The notes beneath the pieces are model-generated. The model was not told where the DNA came from and searched no databases. It saw only the letters and a list, made by a program, of their open reading frames with translations. From NCBI RefSeq assembly GCF_009914755.1, contig NC_060937.1: a DNA stretch of 64,000 bases; one strand, 5' to 3'. The DNA comes from the human T2T-CHM13v2.0 reference genome, Homo sapiens. Shown here piece by piece: positions 49,801-64,000 of the stretch. Position 1 is the first letter of the stretch. Every line of letters begins with the position of its first letter. Position numbers and translations under genes: made by a program.

Positions 49801-52800
49801 AAATATATACCATATACTGTACATGAAATATCAAAGTTCACAAACTATATATTATATACTGTACATAAAATATCAAAGTACCCAAACTATACATTATATA
49901 CTGTACATAAAATATGAAATTACATCAAATATATATTTTATTAGGTATGTAAAATATGAAAGTACATCAAATATAGATTATATACTGTACATAAAATACC
50001 AAAGTACCCCAAATATATATTTTATACTGTACATGAAATATCAAAGTTCTCAAACTATATATTATATAGTGCACATAAAATATCAAAGTACCCAAGGTAT
50101 ATATTCCATACTGTACAAAAATTATCAAAGTACCCAAAGCATATATTATATGCTGTACATAAAATATGAAAGTACATGAAATATATATTTTATTCTGTAC
50201 ATAAAATATCAAAGTACACCAAATATATATTCTATACTGTACATAAAATATCAAGGTACCCAAACTATACATTATATACTGTACATAAGATATGAAATTA
50301 CATCAAATATATATTATATTAGGTACATAAAATATGAAAGTACATCAAATATAGATTATATACTGTACATAAAATCTCAAAGTACCCAAATATATATCAT
50401 ATACTGTACATGAAATATCAAAGTTCACAAACTATATATTATATACTGTACATAAAATATCAAAGTACCCAAACTATACATTATATACTGTACATAAAAT
50501 ATGAAATTACATCAAATATATATTTTATTAGGTATGTAAAATATGAAAGTACATCAAATATAGATTATATACTGTACATAAAATACCAAAGTACCCCAAA
50601 TATATATTTTATACTGTACATGAAATATCAAAGTTCTCAAAGTATATATTATATAGTGCACATAAAATATCAAAGTACCCAAGGTATATATTCCATACTG
50701 TACAAAAATTATCAAAGTACCCAAAGCATATATTATATGCTGTACATAAAATATGAAAGTACATCAAATATATATTTTATTCTGTACATAAAATATCAAA
50801 GTACACCAAATATATATTCTATACTGTACATAAAATATCAAGGTACCCAAACTATACATTATATACTGTACATAAAATATGAAATTACATCAAATATATA
50901 TTATATTAGGTACATAAAATATGAAAGTACATCAAATATAGATTATATACTGTACATAAAATATCAAAGTACCCAAATATATATCATATACTGTACATGA
51001 AATATCAAAGTTCACAAACTATATATTATATACTGTACATAAAATATCAAAGTACCCAAACTATACATTATATACTGTACATAAAATATGAAATTTCATC
51101 AAATATATATTTTATTAGGTATGTAAAATATGAAAGTACATCAAATATAGATTATATACTGTACATAAAATACCAAAGTACCCCAAATATATATTTTATA
51201 CTGTACATGAAATATCAAAGTTCTCAAACTATATATTATATAGTGCACATAAAATATCAAAGTACCCAAGGTATATATTCCATACTGTACAAAAATTATC
51301 AAAGTACCCAAAGCATATATTATATGCTGTACATAAAATATGAAAGTACATCAAATATATATTTTATTCTGTACATAAAATATCAAAGTACACCAAATAT
51401 ATATTCTATACTGTACATAAAATATGAAGGTACCCAAACTATACATTATATACTGTACATAAGATATGAAATTACATCAAATATATATTATATTAGGTAC
51501 ATAAAATATGAAAGTACATCAAATATAGATTATATACTGTACATAAAATATCAAAGTACCCAAATATATATCATATACTGTACATGAAATATCAAAGTTC
51601 ACAAACTATATATTATATACTGTACATAAAATATCAAAGTACCCAAACTATACATTATATACTGTACATAAAATATGAAATTACATCAAATATATATTAT
51701 ATTAGGTATGTAAAATATGAAAGTACATCAAATATAGATTATATACTGTACATAAAATACCAAAGTACCCCAAATATATATTTTATACTGTACATGAAAT
51801 ATCAAAGTTCTCAAACTATATATTATATACTGCACATAAAATATCAAAGTACCCAAGGTATATATTCCATACTGTACAAAAAATATCAAAGTACCCAAAG
51901 CATATATTATATGCTGTACATAAAATATGAAAGTACATGAAATATATATTTTATTCTGTACATAAAATATCAAAGTACACCAAATATATATTCTATACTG
52001 TACATAAAATATCAACATACCCAAACTATACATTATATACTGTACATAAAATATGAAATTACATCAAATATATATTATATTAGGTACATAAAATATGAAA
52101 GTACATCAAATATAGATTATATACTGTACATAAAATCTCAAAGTACCCAAATCTATATCATATACTGTACATGAAATATCAAAGTTCACAAACTATATAT
52201 TATATACTGTACATAAAATATCAAAGTACCCAAACTATACATTATATACTGTACATAAAATATGAAATTACATCAAATATATATTTTATTAGGTATGTAA
52301 AATATGAAAGTACATCAAATATAGATTATATACTGTACATAAAATACCAAAGTACCCCAAATATATATTTTATACTGTACATGAAATATCAAAGTTCTCA
52401 AAGTATATATTATATAGTGCACATAAAATATCAAAGTACCCAAGGTATATATTCCATACTGTACAAAAATTATCAAAGTACCCAAAGCATATATTATATG
52501 CTGTACATAAAATATGAAAGTACATCAAATATATATTTTATTCTGTACATAAAATATCAAAGTATACCAAATATATATTCTATACTGTATATAAAATATC
52601 AAGGTACCCAAACTATACATTATATACTGTACATAAGATATGAAATTACATCAAATATATATTATATTAGGTACATAAAATATGAAAGTACATCAAATAT
52701 AGATTATATACTGTACATAAAATATCAAAGTACCCAAATATATATCATATACTGTACATGAAATATCAAAGTTCACAAACTATATATTATATACTGTACA

Positions 52801-55800
52801 TAAAATATCAAAGTACCCAAACTATACATTATATACTGTACATAAAATATGAAATTACATCAAATATATATTTTATTAGGTATGTAAAATATGAAAGTAC
52901 ATCAAATATAGATTATATACTGTACATAAAATACCAAAGTACCCCAAATATATATTTTATACTGTACATGAAATATCAAAGTTCTCAAAGTATATATTAT
53001 ATAGTGCACATAAAATATCAAAGTACCCAAGGTATATATTCCATACTGTACAAAAATTATCAAAGTACCCAAAGCATATATTATATGCTGTACATAAAAT
53101 ATGAAAGTACATCAAATATATATTTTATTCTGTACATAAAATATCAAAGTACACCAAATATATATTCTATACTGTACATAAAATATCAAGGTACCCAAAC
53201 TATACATTATATACTGTACATAAGATATGAAATTACATCAAATATATATTATATTAGGTACATAAAATATGAAAGTACATCAAATATAGATTATATACTG
53301 TACATAAAATATCAAAGTACCCAAATATATATCATATACTGTACATGAAATATCAAAGTTCACAAACTATATATTATATACTGTACATAAAATATCAAAG
53401 TACCCAAACTATACATTATATACTGTACATAAAAGATGAAATTACATCAAATATATATTATATTAGGTATGTAAAATATGAGAGTACATCAAATATAGAT
53501 TATATACTGTACATAAAATACCAAAGTACCCCAAATATATATTTTATACTGTACATGAAATATCAAAGTTCTCAAACTATATATTATATACTGCACATAA
53601 AATATCAAAGTACCCACGGTATATATTCCATACTGTACAAAAAATATCAAAGTACCCAAAGCATATATTATATGCTGTACATAAAATATGAAAGTACATC
53701 AAATATATATTTTATTCTGTACATAAAATATCAAAGTACACCAAATATATATTCTATACTGTACATAAAATATCAAGGTACCCAAACTATACATTATATA
53801 CTGTACATAAAATATGAAATTACATAAAATATATATTATATTAGGTACATAAAATATGAAAGTACATCAAATATAGATTATATACTGTACATAAAATATC
53901 AAAGTACCCAAATATATATCATATACTGTACATGAAATATCAAAGTTCACAAACTATATATTATATACTGTACATAAAATATCAAAGTACCCAAACTATA
54001 CATTATATACTGTACATAAAATATGAAATTACATCAAATATATATTTTATTAGGTATGTAAAATATGAAAGTACATCAAATATAGATTATATACTGTACA
54101 TAAAATACCAAAGTACCCCAAATATATATTTTATACTGTACATGAAATATCAAAGTTCTCAAACTATATATTATATACTGCACATAAAATTTCAAAGTAC
54201 CCAAGGTATATATTCCATACTGTACAAAAAATATCAAAGTACCCAAAGCATATATTATATGCTGTACATAAAATATGAAAGTACATCAAATACATATTTC
54301 ATTCTGTACATAAAATATCAAAGTACACCAAATATATATTCTATACTGTACATAAAATAACAAGGTACCCAAACTATACATTATATACTGTACATAAAAT
54401 ATGAAATTACATCAAATATATATTATATTAGGTACATAAAATATGAAAGTACATCAAATATAGATTATATACTGTACATAAAATATCAAAGTACCCAAAT
54501 ATATACCATATACTGTACATGAAATATCAAAGTTCACAAACTATATATTATATACTGTACATAAAATATCAAAGTACCCAAACTATACATTACATACTGT
54601 ACATAAAATATGAAATTACATCAAATATATATTTTATTAGGTATGTAAAATATGAAAGTACATCAAATATAGATTATATACTGTACATAAAATACCAAAG
54701 TACCCCAAATATATATTTTATACTGTACATGAAATATCAAAGTTCTCAAACTATATATTATATAGTGCACATGAAATATCAGAGTACCCAAGGTATATAT
54801 TCCATACTGTACAAAAATTATCAAAGTACCCAAAGCATATATTATATGCTGTACATAAAATATGAAAGTACATCAAATATATATTTTATTCTGTACATAA
54901 AATATCAAAGTACACCAAATATATATTCTATACTGTACATAAAATATCCAGGTACCCAAACTATACATTATATACTGTACATAAGATATGAAATTACATC
55001 AAATATACATTATATTAGGTACATAAAATATGAAAGTACATCAAATATAGATTATATACTGTACATAAAATATCAAAGTTCCCAAATATATATCATATAC
55101 TGTACATGAAATATCAAAGTTCACAAACTATATATTATATACTGTACATAAAATATCAAAGTACCCAAACTATACATTATATACTGTACATAAAATATGA
55201 AATTACATCAAATATATATTATATTAGGTATGTAAAATATGAAAGTACATCAAATATAGATTATATACTGTACATAAAATACCAAAGTACCCCAAATATA
55301 TATTTTATACTGTACATGAAATATCAAAGTTCTCAAACTATATATTATATACTGCACATAAAATATCAAAGTACCCAAGGTATATATTCCATACTGTACA
55401 AAAAATATCAAAGTCCCCAAAGCATATATTATATACTGTACATAAAATATGAAATTACATCAAATATATATTTTATTCTGTACATAAAATATCAAAGTAC
55501 ACCAAATATATATTCTATACTGTACATAAAATATCAAGGTACCCAAACTATACATTACATACTGTACATAAAATATGAAATTACATCAAATATATATTAT
55601 ATTAGGTACATAAAATATGAAAGTACATCAAATATAGATTCTATACTGTACATAAAATATCAAAGTACCCAAATATATATCAGATACTGTACATGAAATA
55701 TCAAAGTTCACAAACTATATATTATATACTGTACATAAAATATCAAAGTACCCAAACTATACATTATATACTGTACATAAAAGATGAAATTATATCAAAT

Positions 55801-58800
55801 ATATATTATATTAGGTATGTAAAATATGAAAGTACATCAAATATAGATTATATACTGTACACAATATACCAAAGTACCCCAAATATATATTTTATACTGT
55901 ACATGAAATATCAAAGTTCTCAAACTATATATTATATACTGCACATAAAATATCAAAGTACCCAAGGTATATATTCCATACTGTACAAAAAATATCAAAG
56001 TACCCAAAGCATATATTATATGCTGTACATAAAATGTGAATGTACATCAAATATATATTTTATTCTGTACATAAAATGTCAAAGTACACCAAATATATAT
56101 TCTATACTGTACATAAAATATCAAGGTACCCAAACTATACATTACATACTGTACATAAAATATGAAATTACATCAAATATATATTATATTAGGTACATAA
56201 AATATGAAAGTACATCAAATATAGTTTCTATACTGTACATAAAATATCAAAGTACCCAAATATATATCATATACTGTACATGAAATATCAAAGTTCACAA
56301 ACTATATATTATATACTGTACATAAAATATCAAAGTACCCAAACTATACATTATATACTGTACTTAAAATATGAAATTACATCAAATATATATTTTATTA
56401 GGTACGTAAAATATGAAAGTACATCAAATATAGATTATATACTGTACATAAAATACCAAAGTACCCCAAATATATATTTTATACTGTACATGAAATATCA
56501 AAGTTTTCAAACTATATATTATATACTGCACATAAAATATCAAAGTACCCAAGGTAAATATTCCATACTGTACAAAAAATATCGAAGTACCCAAAGCATA
56601 TATTATATGCTGTACATAAAATATGAAAGTACATGAAATATATATTTTATTCTCTACATAAAATATCAAAGTACACCAAATATATATTCTATACTGTACA
56701 TAAAATATCAAGGTACCCAAACTATACATTACATACTGTACATAAAATATGAAATTACATCAAATATATATTATATTAGGTACATAAAATATGAAAGTAC
56801 ATCAAATATAGATTCTATACTGTACATAAAATATCAAAGTACCCAAAAATATATCAGATACTGTACATGAAATATCAAAGTTCACAAACTATATATTATA
56901 TACTGTACATAAAATATCAAAGTACCCAAACTATACATTATATACTGTACATAAAAGATGAAATTACATCAAATATATATTATATTAGGTATGTAAAATA
57001 TGAAAGTACATCAAATATAGATTATATACTGTACATAATATACCAAAGTACCCCAAATATATATTTTATACTGTACATGAAATATCAAAGTTCTCAAACT
57101 ATATATTATATACTGCACATAAAATATCAAAGTACCCAAGGTATATATTCCATACTGTACAAAAAATATCAAAGTACCCAAAGCATATAATATATGCTGT
57201 ACATAAAATTTGAATGTACATCAAATATATATTTTATTCTGTACATAAAATATCAAAGTACACCAAATATATATTCTATACTGTACATAAAATATCAAGG
57301 TACCGAAACTATACATTATATACTGTACATAAAATATGAAATTACATCAAATATATATTATATTAGGTACATAAAATATGAAAGTACATCAAATATAGAT
57401 TATATACTGTACATAAAATATCAAAGTACCCAAATATATATCATATACTGTACATGAAATATCAAAGTTCACAAACTATATATTATATACTGTACATAAA
57501 ATATCAAAGTACCCAAACTATACATTATATACTGTACATAAAATATGAAATTACATCAAACATATATTATATTAGGTATGTAAAATATGAAAGTACATCA
57601 AGTATAGATTATATACTGTACATAAAATACCAAAGTACCCCAAATATATATTTTATACTGTACATGAAATATCAAAGTTCTCAAACTATATATTATATAC
57701 TGCACATAAAATATCAAAGTACCCAAGGTATATATTCCATACTGTACAAAAAATATCAAAGTACCCAAAGCATATATTATATGCTGTACATAAAATGTGA
57801 AAGTACATGAAATATATATTTTATTCTGTATATAAAATATCAAATTACACCAAATATATATTCTATACTGTACATAAAATATCAAGGTACCCAAACTATA
57901 CATTACATACTGTACATAAAATATGAAATTACATCAAATATATATTATATTAGGTACATAAAATATGAAAGTACATCAAATATAGATTCTATACTGTACA
58001 TAAAATATCAAAGTACCCAAATATATATCATATACTGTACATGAAATATCAAAGTTCACAAACTATATATTATATACTGTACATAAAATATCAAAGTACC
58101 CAAACTATACATTATATACTGTACATAAAATATGAAATTACATCAAATATATATTATATTAGGTATGTAAAATATGAAAGTACATCAAATATAGATTATA
58201 TACTGTACATAAAATACCAAAGTACCCCAAATATATATTTTATACTGTACATGAAATATCAAAGTTCTCAACCTATATATTATATACTGCACATAAAATA
58301 TCAAAGTACCCAAGGTATATATTCCATACTGTACAAAAAATATCAAAGTACCCAAAGCATATATTATATGCTGTACATAAAATATGAAAGTACATCAAAT
58401 ATATATTTTATTCTGTACATAAAATATCAAAGTACACCAAATATATATTCTATACTGTACATAAAATATCAAGGTACCCAAACTATACATTACATACTGT
58501 ACATAAAATATGAAATTACATCAAATATGTATTATATTAGGTACATAAAATATGAAAGTACATCAAATATAGATTATATACTGTACATAAAATATCAAAG
58601 TACCCAAATATATATCATATACAGTACATGAAATATCAAAGTTCACAAACTATATATTATATACTGTACATAAAATATCAAAGTATCCAAACTATACATT
58701 ATATACTGTACATAAAAGATGAAATTACATCAAATATATATTATATTAGGTATGTAAAATATGAAAGTACATCAAATATAGATTGTATACTGTACATAAA

Positions 58801-60975
58801 ATACCAACGTACCCCAAATATATATTTTATACTGTACATGAAATATCAAACTTCTCAAACTATATATTATATACTGCACATAAAATATCAAAGTTCTCAA
58901 GGTATATATTCCATACTGTACAAAAAATATCAAAGTACCCAAAGCATATATTATATGCTGTACATAAAATATGAAAGTACATGAAATATATATTTTATTC
59001 TGTATATAAAATATCAAAGTACACCAAATATATATTCTATACTGTACATAAAATATCAAGGTACCGAAACTATACATTATATACTGTACATAAAATATGA
59101 AATTACATCAAATATATATTATATTAGGTACATAAAATATGAAAGTACATCAAATATAGATTCTATACTGTACATAAAATATCAAAGTACCCAAATATAT
59201 ATCATATACTGTACATGAAATATCAAAGTTCACAAACTATATATTATATACTGTACATAAAATATCAAAGTACCCAAACTATACATCATATACTGTACAT
59301 AAAATATGAAATTACATCAAATATATATTATATTAGGTATGTAAAATATGAAAGTACATCAAATATAGATTATATACTGTACATAAAATACCAAAGTACC
59401 GCAAATATATATTTTATTCTCTACATGAAATATCAAAGTTCTCAAACTATATATTATATACTGCACGTAAAATATCAAAGTACCCAAGGTATATATTCCA
59501 TACTGTACAAAAAATATCAAAGTACCCAAAGCATATATTATATGCTGTACATAAAATATGAAAGTACATCAAATATATATTTTATTCTGTACATAAAATA
59601 TCAAAGTACACTAAATATATATTCTATACTGTACATAAAATATCAAGGTACCCAAACTATACATTATATACTGTACCTAGAATATGAAATTACATCAAAT
59701 ATACATTATATTAGGTACATAAAATATGAAAGTACATCAAATATAGATTATATACTGTACATAAAATATCAAAGTACCCAAATATATATCATATACTGTA
59801 CATGAAATATCAAAGTTTACAAACTATATATTATATACTGTACATAAAATATCAAAGTATCCTAACTATACATTATATACTGTACATAAAATATGAAATT
59901 ACATCAAATATATATTATATTAGGTATGTAAAATATGAAAGTACATCAAATATAGATTATATACTGTATATAAAATACCAAAGTACCCCAAATATATATT
60001 TTATACTGTACATGAAATATCAAAGTTCTCAAACTATATATTATATACTGCACATAAAATATCAAAGTACCCAAGGTATATATTCCATAGTGTACAAAAA
60101 ATATCAAAGTACCCAAAGCATATATTATATGCTGTACATAAAATATGAAAGTACATCAAATATATATTTTATTCTGTACATAAAATATCAAAGTACACTA
60201 AATATATATTCTATACTGTACATAAAATATCAAGGTACCCAAACTATACATTATATACTGTACCTAGAATATGAAATTACATCAAATATATATTATATTA
60301 GGTACATAAAATATGAAAGTACCTCAAATATAGATTATATACTGTACATAAAATATCAAAGTACCCAAATATATATCATATACTGTTCATGAAATATGAA
60401 AGTTCACAAACTATATATTATATACTGTACATAAAATATCAAAGTACCCAAACTATACATTATATACTGTACATAAAATATGAAATTACATCAAATATAT
60501 ATTATATTAGGTATGTAAAATATGAAAGTACATCAAATATAGATTATATACTGTACATAAAATACCAAAGTACCCCAAATATATATTTTATACTGTACAT
60601 GAAATATCAAAGTTCTCAAACTATATATTATATACTGCACATAAAATATCAAAGTACCCAAGGTATATATTCCATACTGTACAAAAAATATCAAAGTACC
60701 CAAAGCATATATTATATGCTGTACATAAAATATGAAAGTACATCAAATATATATTTTATTCTGTACATAAAATATCAAAGTACACCAAATATATATTCTA
60801 TACTGTACATAAAATATCAAGGTACCCAAAATATACATTATATACTGTACATAAAATATGAAATTACATCAAATATATATTATATTAGGTACATAAAATA
60901 TGAAAGTACATCAAATATAGTTTATATACTGTACATAAAATATCAAAGTACCCAAATATATATAATATACTGTAC
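46301..60975 (+). repeat. Run of 25 consecutive 587-bp 14-mers with no net indel
   Basis: 60976-46301 = 14,675 = 25x587, and the intermediate ORF starts fall on the 587 lattice. Confidence 0.9.
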
Positions 60976-63074
60976 ATGAAATATCAAAGTTCACAAACTA
61001 TATATTATATACTGTACACAAAATATCAAAGTATCCAAGGTATATATTCTATACTGTACAAAAAATATCAAAGTACCCAAATCATGTATTATATACTGTA
61101 CATAAAATATGAAAGTAAATCAAATATATATTTTATTCTGTACATAAAATATCAAAGTACACCAGATATATATTTTATTGTGTACATAAAATATCAAAGT
61201 ACCCAAACTATACATTATATACTGTACATAAAATATGAAATTACATCAAATATATATTATATTAGGTACATAAAATATGAAAGTACATCAAATATAGATT
61301 ATATACTGTATATAAAATATCAAAGTACCCCAAATATATATTATATACTGTACATGAAATATCAAAGAACCCAAGGTATATATTCTATACTGTAGAAAAA
61401 ATATCAAAGTACCAAAAGCATGTATTATATACTGTGCATAAAATATGAAAATACATCAAATACATATTTTATTATGTACAAAAAATATCAAAGTACACCA
61501 GATATATATTTTATAGTGTACATAAAATATCAAAGTACCTAAAGTATACATCATATACTGTACATAAAATATGAAATTACATCAAATATATATTATATTT
61601 GGTACGTAAAATATGAAATTACATCAAATATAGATTATATACTGTACATAAAATATCAAAGTACCCCAAATATATATTATATACTGTACATGAAATATCA
61701 AAGTTCACAAACTATATATTATATACTGTACATAAAATATCAAAGTACCCAATGTATATATTCTATACTGTACAAAAAATATCAAAGTACCCAAAGCATG
61801 TATTATATACTGTACATAAAATATGAAAGTACATCAAATATATATTTTATTCTGAACATAAAATATCAAAGTACAACAGATATATATTTTATAGTGTAGA
61901 TAAAATATCAAAGTACTCAAACTATACATTATATACTGTACATAAAATATGAAATTACATCAAATATATATTATATTAGGTACATAAAATATGAAAGTAC
62001 ATCAAATATAGATTATATACTGTACATAAAATATCAAAGTACCCCAAATATATATTATATACTCTACATGAAATATCAAACTTCAGAATCTATATATTAT
62101 ATACTGTAGAGAAAATATTAAAGTACCCAACGTATATATTCTATACTGTACAAAAAATATCAAAGTATGCAAAGCATGTATTATATACTGTACATAAAAT
62201 ATGAAAGTACATCAAATATATATTTTATTCTGTACATAAAATATCAAAGTACACCAGATATATATTTTATCGTGTACATAAAATATCAAAGTACCCAAAC
62301 TATACATTATATACTGTACATAAAATATGAAATTACATCAAATATATATTATATTAGGTACATAAAATATGAAAGTAGATCAAATATAGATTATTAACTG
62401 TACATAAAATATCAAAGAACCCCAAATATATATTATATACTGTACATGAAATATCAAACTTCACAAACTATATATTATATACTGTACATAAAATATCAAA
62501 GTACCGAAGGTATATATTCTATACTGTACAAAAAATATCAAAGTACCCAAAGCATGTATTATATACTGTACATAAAATATGAAAGTACATCAAATATATA
62601 TTTTATTCTGTACATATAATATCAAAGTACACCAGATATATATTTTATAGTGTACATAAAATATCAAAGTACCCAAACTATACATTATATACTCCACATA
62701 AAATATGAAATTACATCAAATATATATTATATTAGGTACATAAAATATGAAAGTACATCAAATATAGATTATATACTGTACATAAAATATAAAAGAACCC
62801 CAAATATATATTATATACTGTACTTGAAATATCAAACTTCACAAACTATATATTATATACTGTACATAAAATATCAAAGTACCCAAGGTATATATTCTAT
62901 ACTGTACAAAAAATATCAAAGTACAAAACGCATGTATTATATACTGTACATAAAATATGAAAGTACATCAAATATATATTATATTAGGTACATAAAATAT
63001 GAAAGTACATCAAATATAGATTATATACTGTACATAAAATATCAAAGTACCCAAATATATATCATATACTGTAC
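60976..63074 (+). repeat. Embedded island of diverged 9-mer-type units (copy 2)
   Basis: Same private variants as 40637-42861 at offset 20,339. It is 126 bp shorter because three monomers are missing near 62,975. Confidence 0.9.
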
Positions 63075-63661
63075 ATGTAATATCAAGTTACCCAAACTAT
63101 ACATTACATACTGTACATAAAATATGAAATTACATCAAATATATATTATATTAGGTACATAAAATATGAAATTACATCAAATATATATTAAATTAGGTAT
63201 GTAAAATATGAAAGTACATCAAATATAGATTATATACTGTACATAAAATACCAAAGTACCCCAAATATATATTTTATACTGTACATGAAATATCAATGTT
63301 CTCAAACTCTATATTATATACTGCACATAAAATATCAAAGTACCCAAGGTATATATTCCATACTGTACATAAAATATCAAAGTACCCAAAGCATATATTA
63401 TATGCTGTCCATAAAATATGAAAGTATATCAAATATATATTTTATTCTGTACATAAAATATCAAAGTACACCAAATATATATTCTATACTGTACATAAAA
63501 TATCAAGGTACCCAATCTATACATTATATACTGTACATAAAATATGAAATTACATCAAATATATATTATATTAGGTACATAAAATATGAAAGTACATCAA
63601 ATATAGATTCTATACTGTACATAAAATATCAAAGTACCCAAATATATATCATATACTGTAC

Positions 63662-64000
63662 ATGAAATATCAAAGTTCACAAACTATACGTTATATACTG
63701 TACATGAAATATGAAATTACATCAAATATATATTTTAGTAGGTATGTAAAATATGAAAGTACATCAAATATAGATTATCTAGTGTACATAAAATACCAAA
63801 GTACCCCAAATATATATTTTATACTGTACATGAAATATCAAGGTACCCAAACTATACATTATATACTGTACATAAAATATGAAATTACATCAAATTGAGA
63901 TTATATTAGGTACATAAAATATGAAATTACATCAAATATATATTATATTAGGTATGTAAAATATAAAAGTACATCAAATATAGATTATATACTGTACATA
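63662..64000 (+). repeat. Start of a further 18-mer block (third macro-repeat copy, truncated by the window end)
   Basis: The CTATACGTTATATACTGTACATGAAATATGAAATT signature seen at 27188, 28530, 43449, 44204 and 45546 reappears; it follows the island and the same ATGTAATATCAAGTTACCC unit as 43449 does. Confidence 0.8.

Larger units (their letters stand above)
1..64000 (+). repeat. HSat1A (human Satellite I / SAR) 42-bp tandem satellite array, A-rich strand on +, continuing beyond both window edges
   Basis: Continuous 42-bp period, with (CT)GTACATAAAATAT(C/G)AAAGTAC in nearly every monomer. Typically two GTAC (RsaI) sites per monomer, splitting it into 17-bp and 25-bp subunits as in the classical Satellite I description. 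Very AT-rich, with no non-satellite interruption or strand switch seen. Family assignment is by recognition. Confidence 0.95.
26885..64000 (+). repeat. Domain B: 587-bp 14-mer higher-order repeat and derivatives
   Basis: ORF starts recur every 587 bp (e.g. 32220, 32807, 33394, 33981, 34568; 46301 to 60976 is exactly 25x587). Diagnostic variants: AGGTATGTAAAA, GTTCTCAAA, CTGCACATA, TTCCATAC, GCATATATTATATGCTG, CAAGGTACC and a 41-bp terminal I monomer ACCCAAATATATATCATATAC. Confidence 0.95.

Noticed and set aside
26826-59077. Recurrent ~101-aa hydrophobic minus-strand ORFs (MYSLGTLIFY...) resembling small membrane proteins
   Set aside because: They are antisense readings of the T-rich strand that appear only where single substitutions in the 14-mer remove stops. 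The hydrophobicity follows from base composition.
32-63898. Dozens of + strand ORFs (70-894 aa) as protein-coding genes or a repeat-protein operon
   Set aside because: They are pure translations of the 42-bp satellite with no unique domains. Starts and ends are set by repeat indels and point stops, and nonsense and frameshift variants are co-amplified.
1-64000. CRISPR-like array (conserved GTACATAAAATAT block alternating with variable segments)
   Set aside because: The variable parts are homologous to one another and cycle in fixed 9- or 14-monomer order, so they are not unique spacers. There is no leader and no cas genes.
1-64000. TATA-box-like (TATATA) and AATAAA motifs as promoters or poly(A) signals
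   Set aside because: These are expected by chance in a very AT-rich repeat, with no supporting context.
1-64000. Inversion, transposon insertion, alpha-satellite or HSat1B (Alu-containing) segment
   Set aside because: I looked for reverse-complement monomers, GC-rich stretches and poly(A)/TSD structures and saw none by eye. A very short insertion could have been missed.
1-64000. Assignment to a specific chromosome or individual
   Set aside because: HSat1A arrays occur on several chromosomes and there is no unique flank in the window. Placement needs alignment to T2T assemblies.

Overview
The whole 64 kb is one uninterrupted, single-orientation, very AT-rich tandem satellite of about 1,520 copies of a 42-bp monomer (consensus ~ACATAAAATATCAAAGT-ACCCAAAnTATATATTATATACTGT). 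It matches human classical Satellite I / HSat1A (SAR) with its 17+25-bp RsaI subunits; this is recognition from memory, not a database search. I find no genes, RNA genes, mobile elements or CRISPR. The ORFs are artefacts of a 42-bp (14-codon) unit with one stop-free frame, but their translations are useful for typing monomers. The interest is the nested higher-order architecture. Domain A (1-~26,850) is a 378-bp 9-mer (monomers A-I) amplified as variable 2-8-unit blocks marked by a 1-bp deletion. At a sharp in-register junction (26,851-26,884) it switches to Domain B, a derived 587-bp 14-mer (AFGHI+ABCDEFGHI, -1 bp). Domain B is itself organised as a ~17-20-kb macro-repeat containing 755-bp 18-mers, runs of 14-mers and an embedded relic 9-mer island. 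I see no evidence of a new gene-encoded system; the best novelty candidates are this repeat hierarchy and palindrome-perfecting variants.
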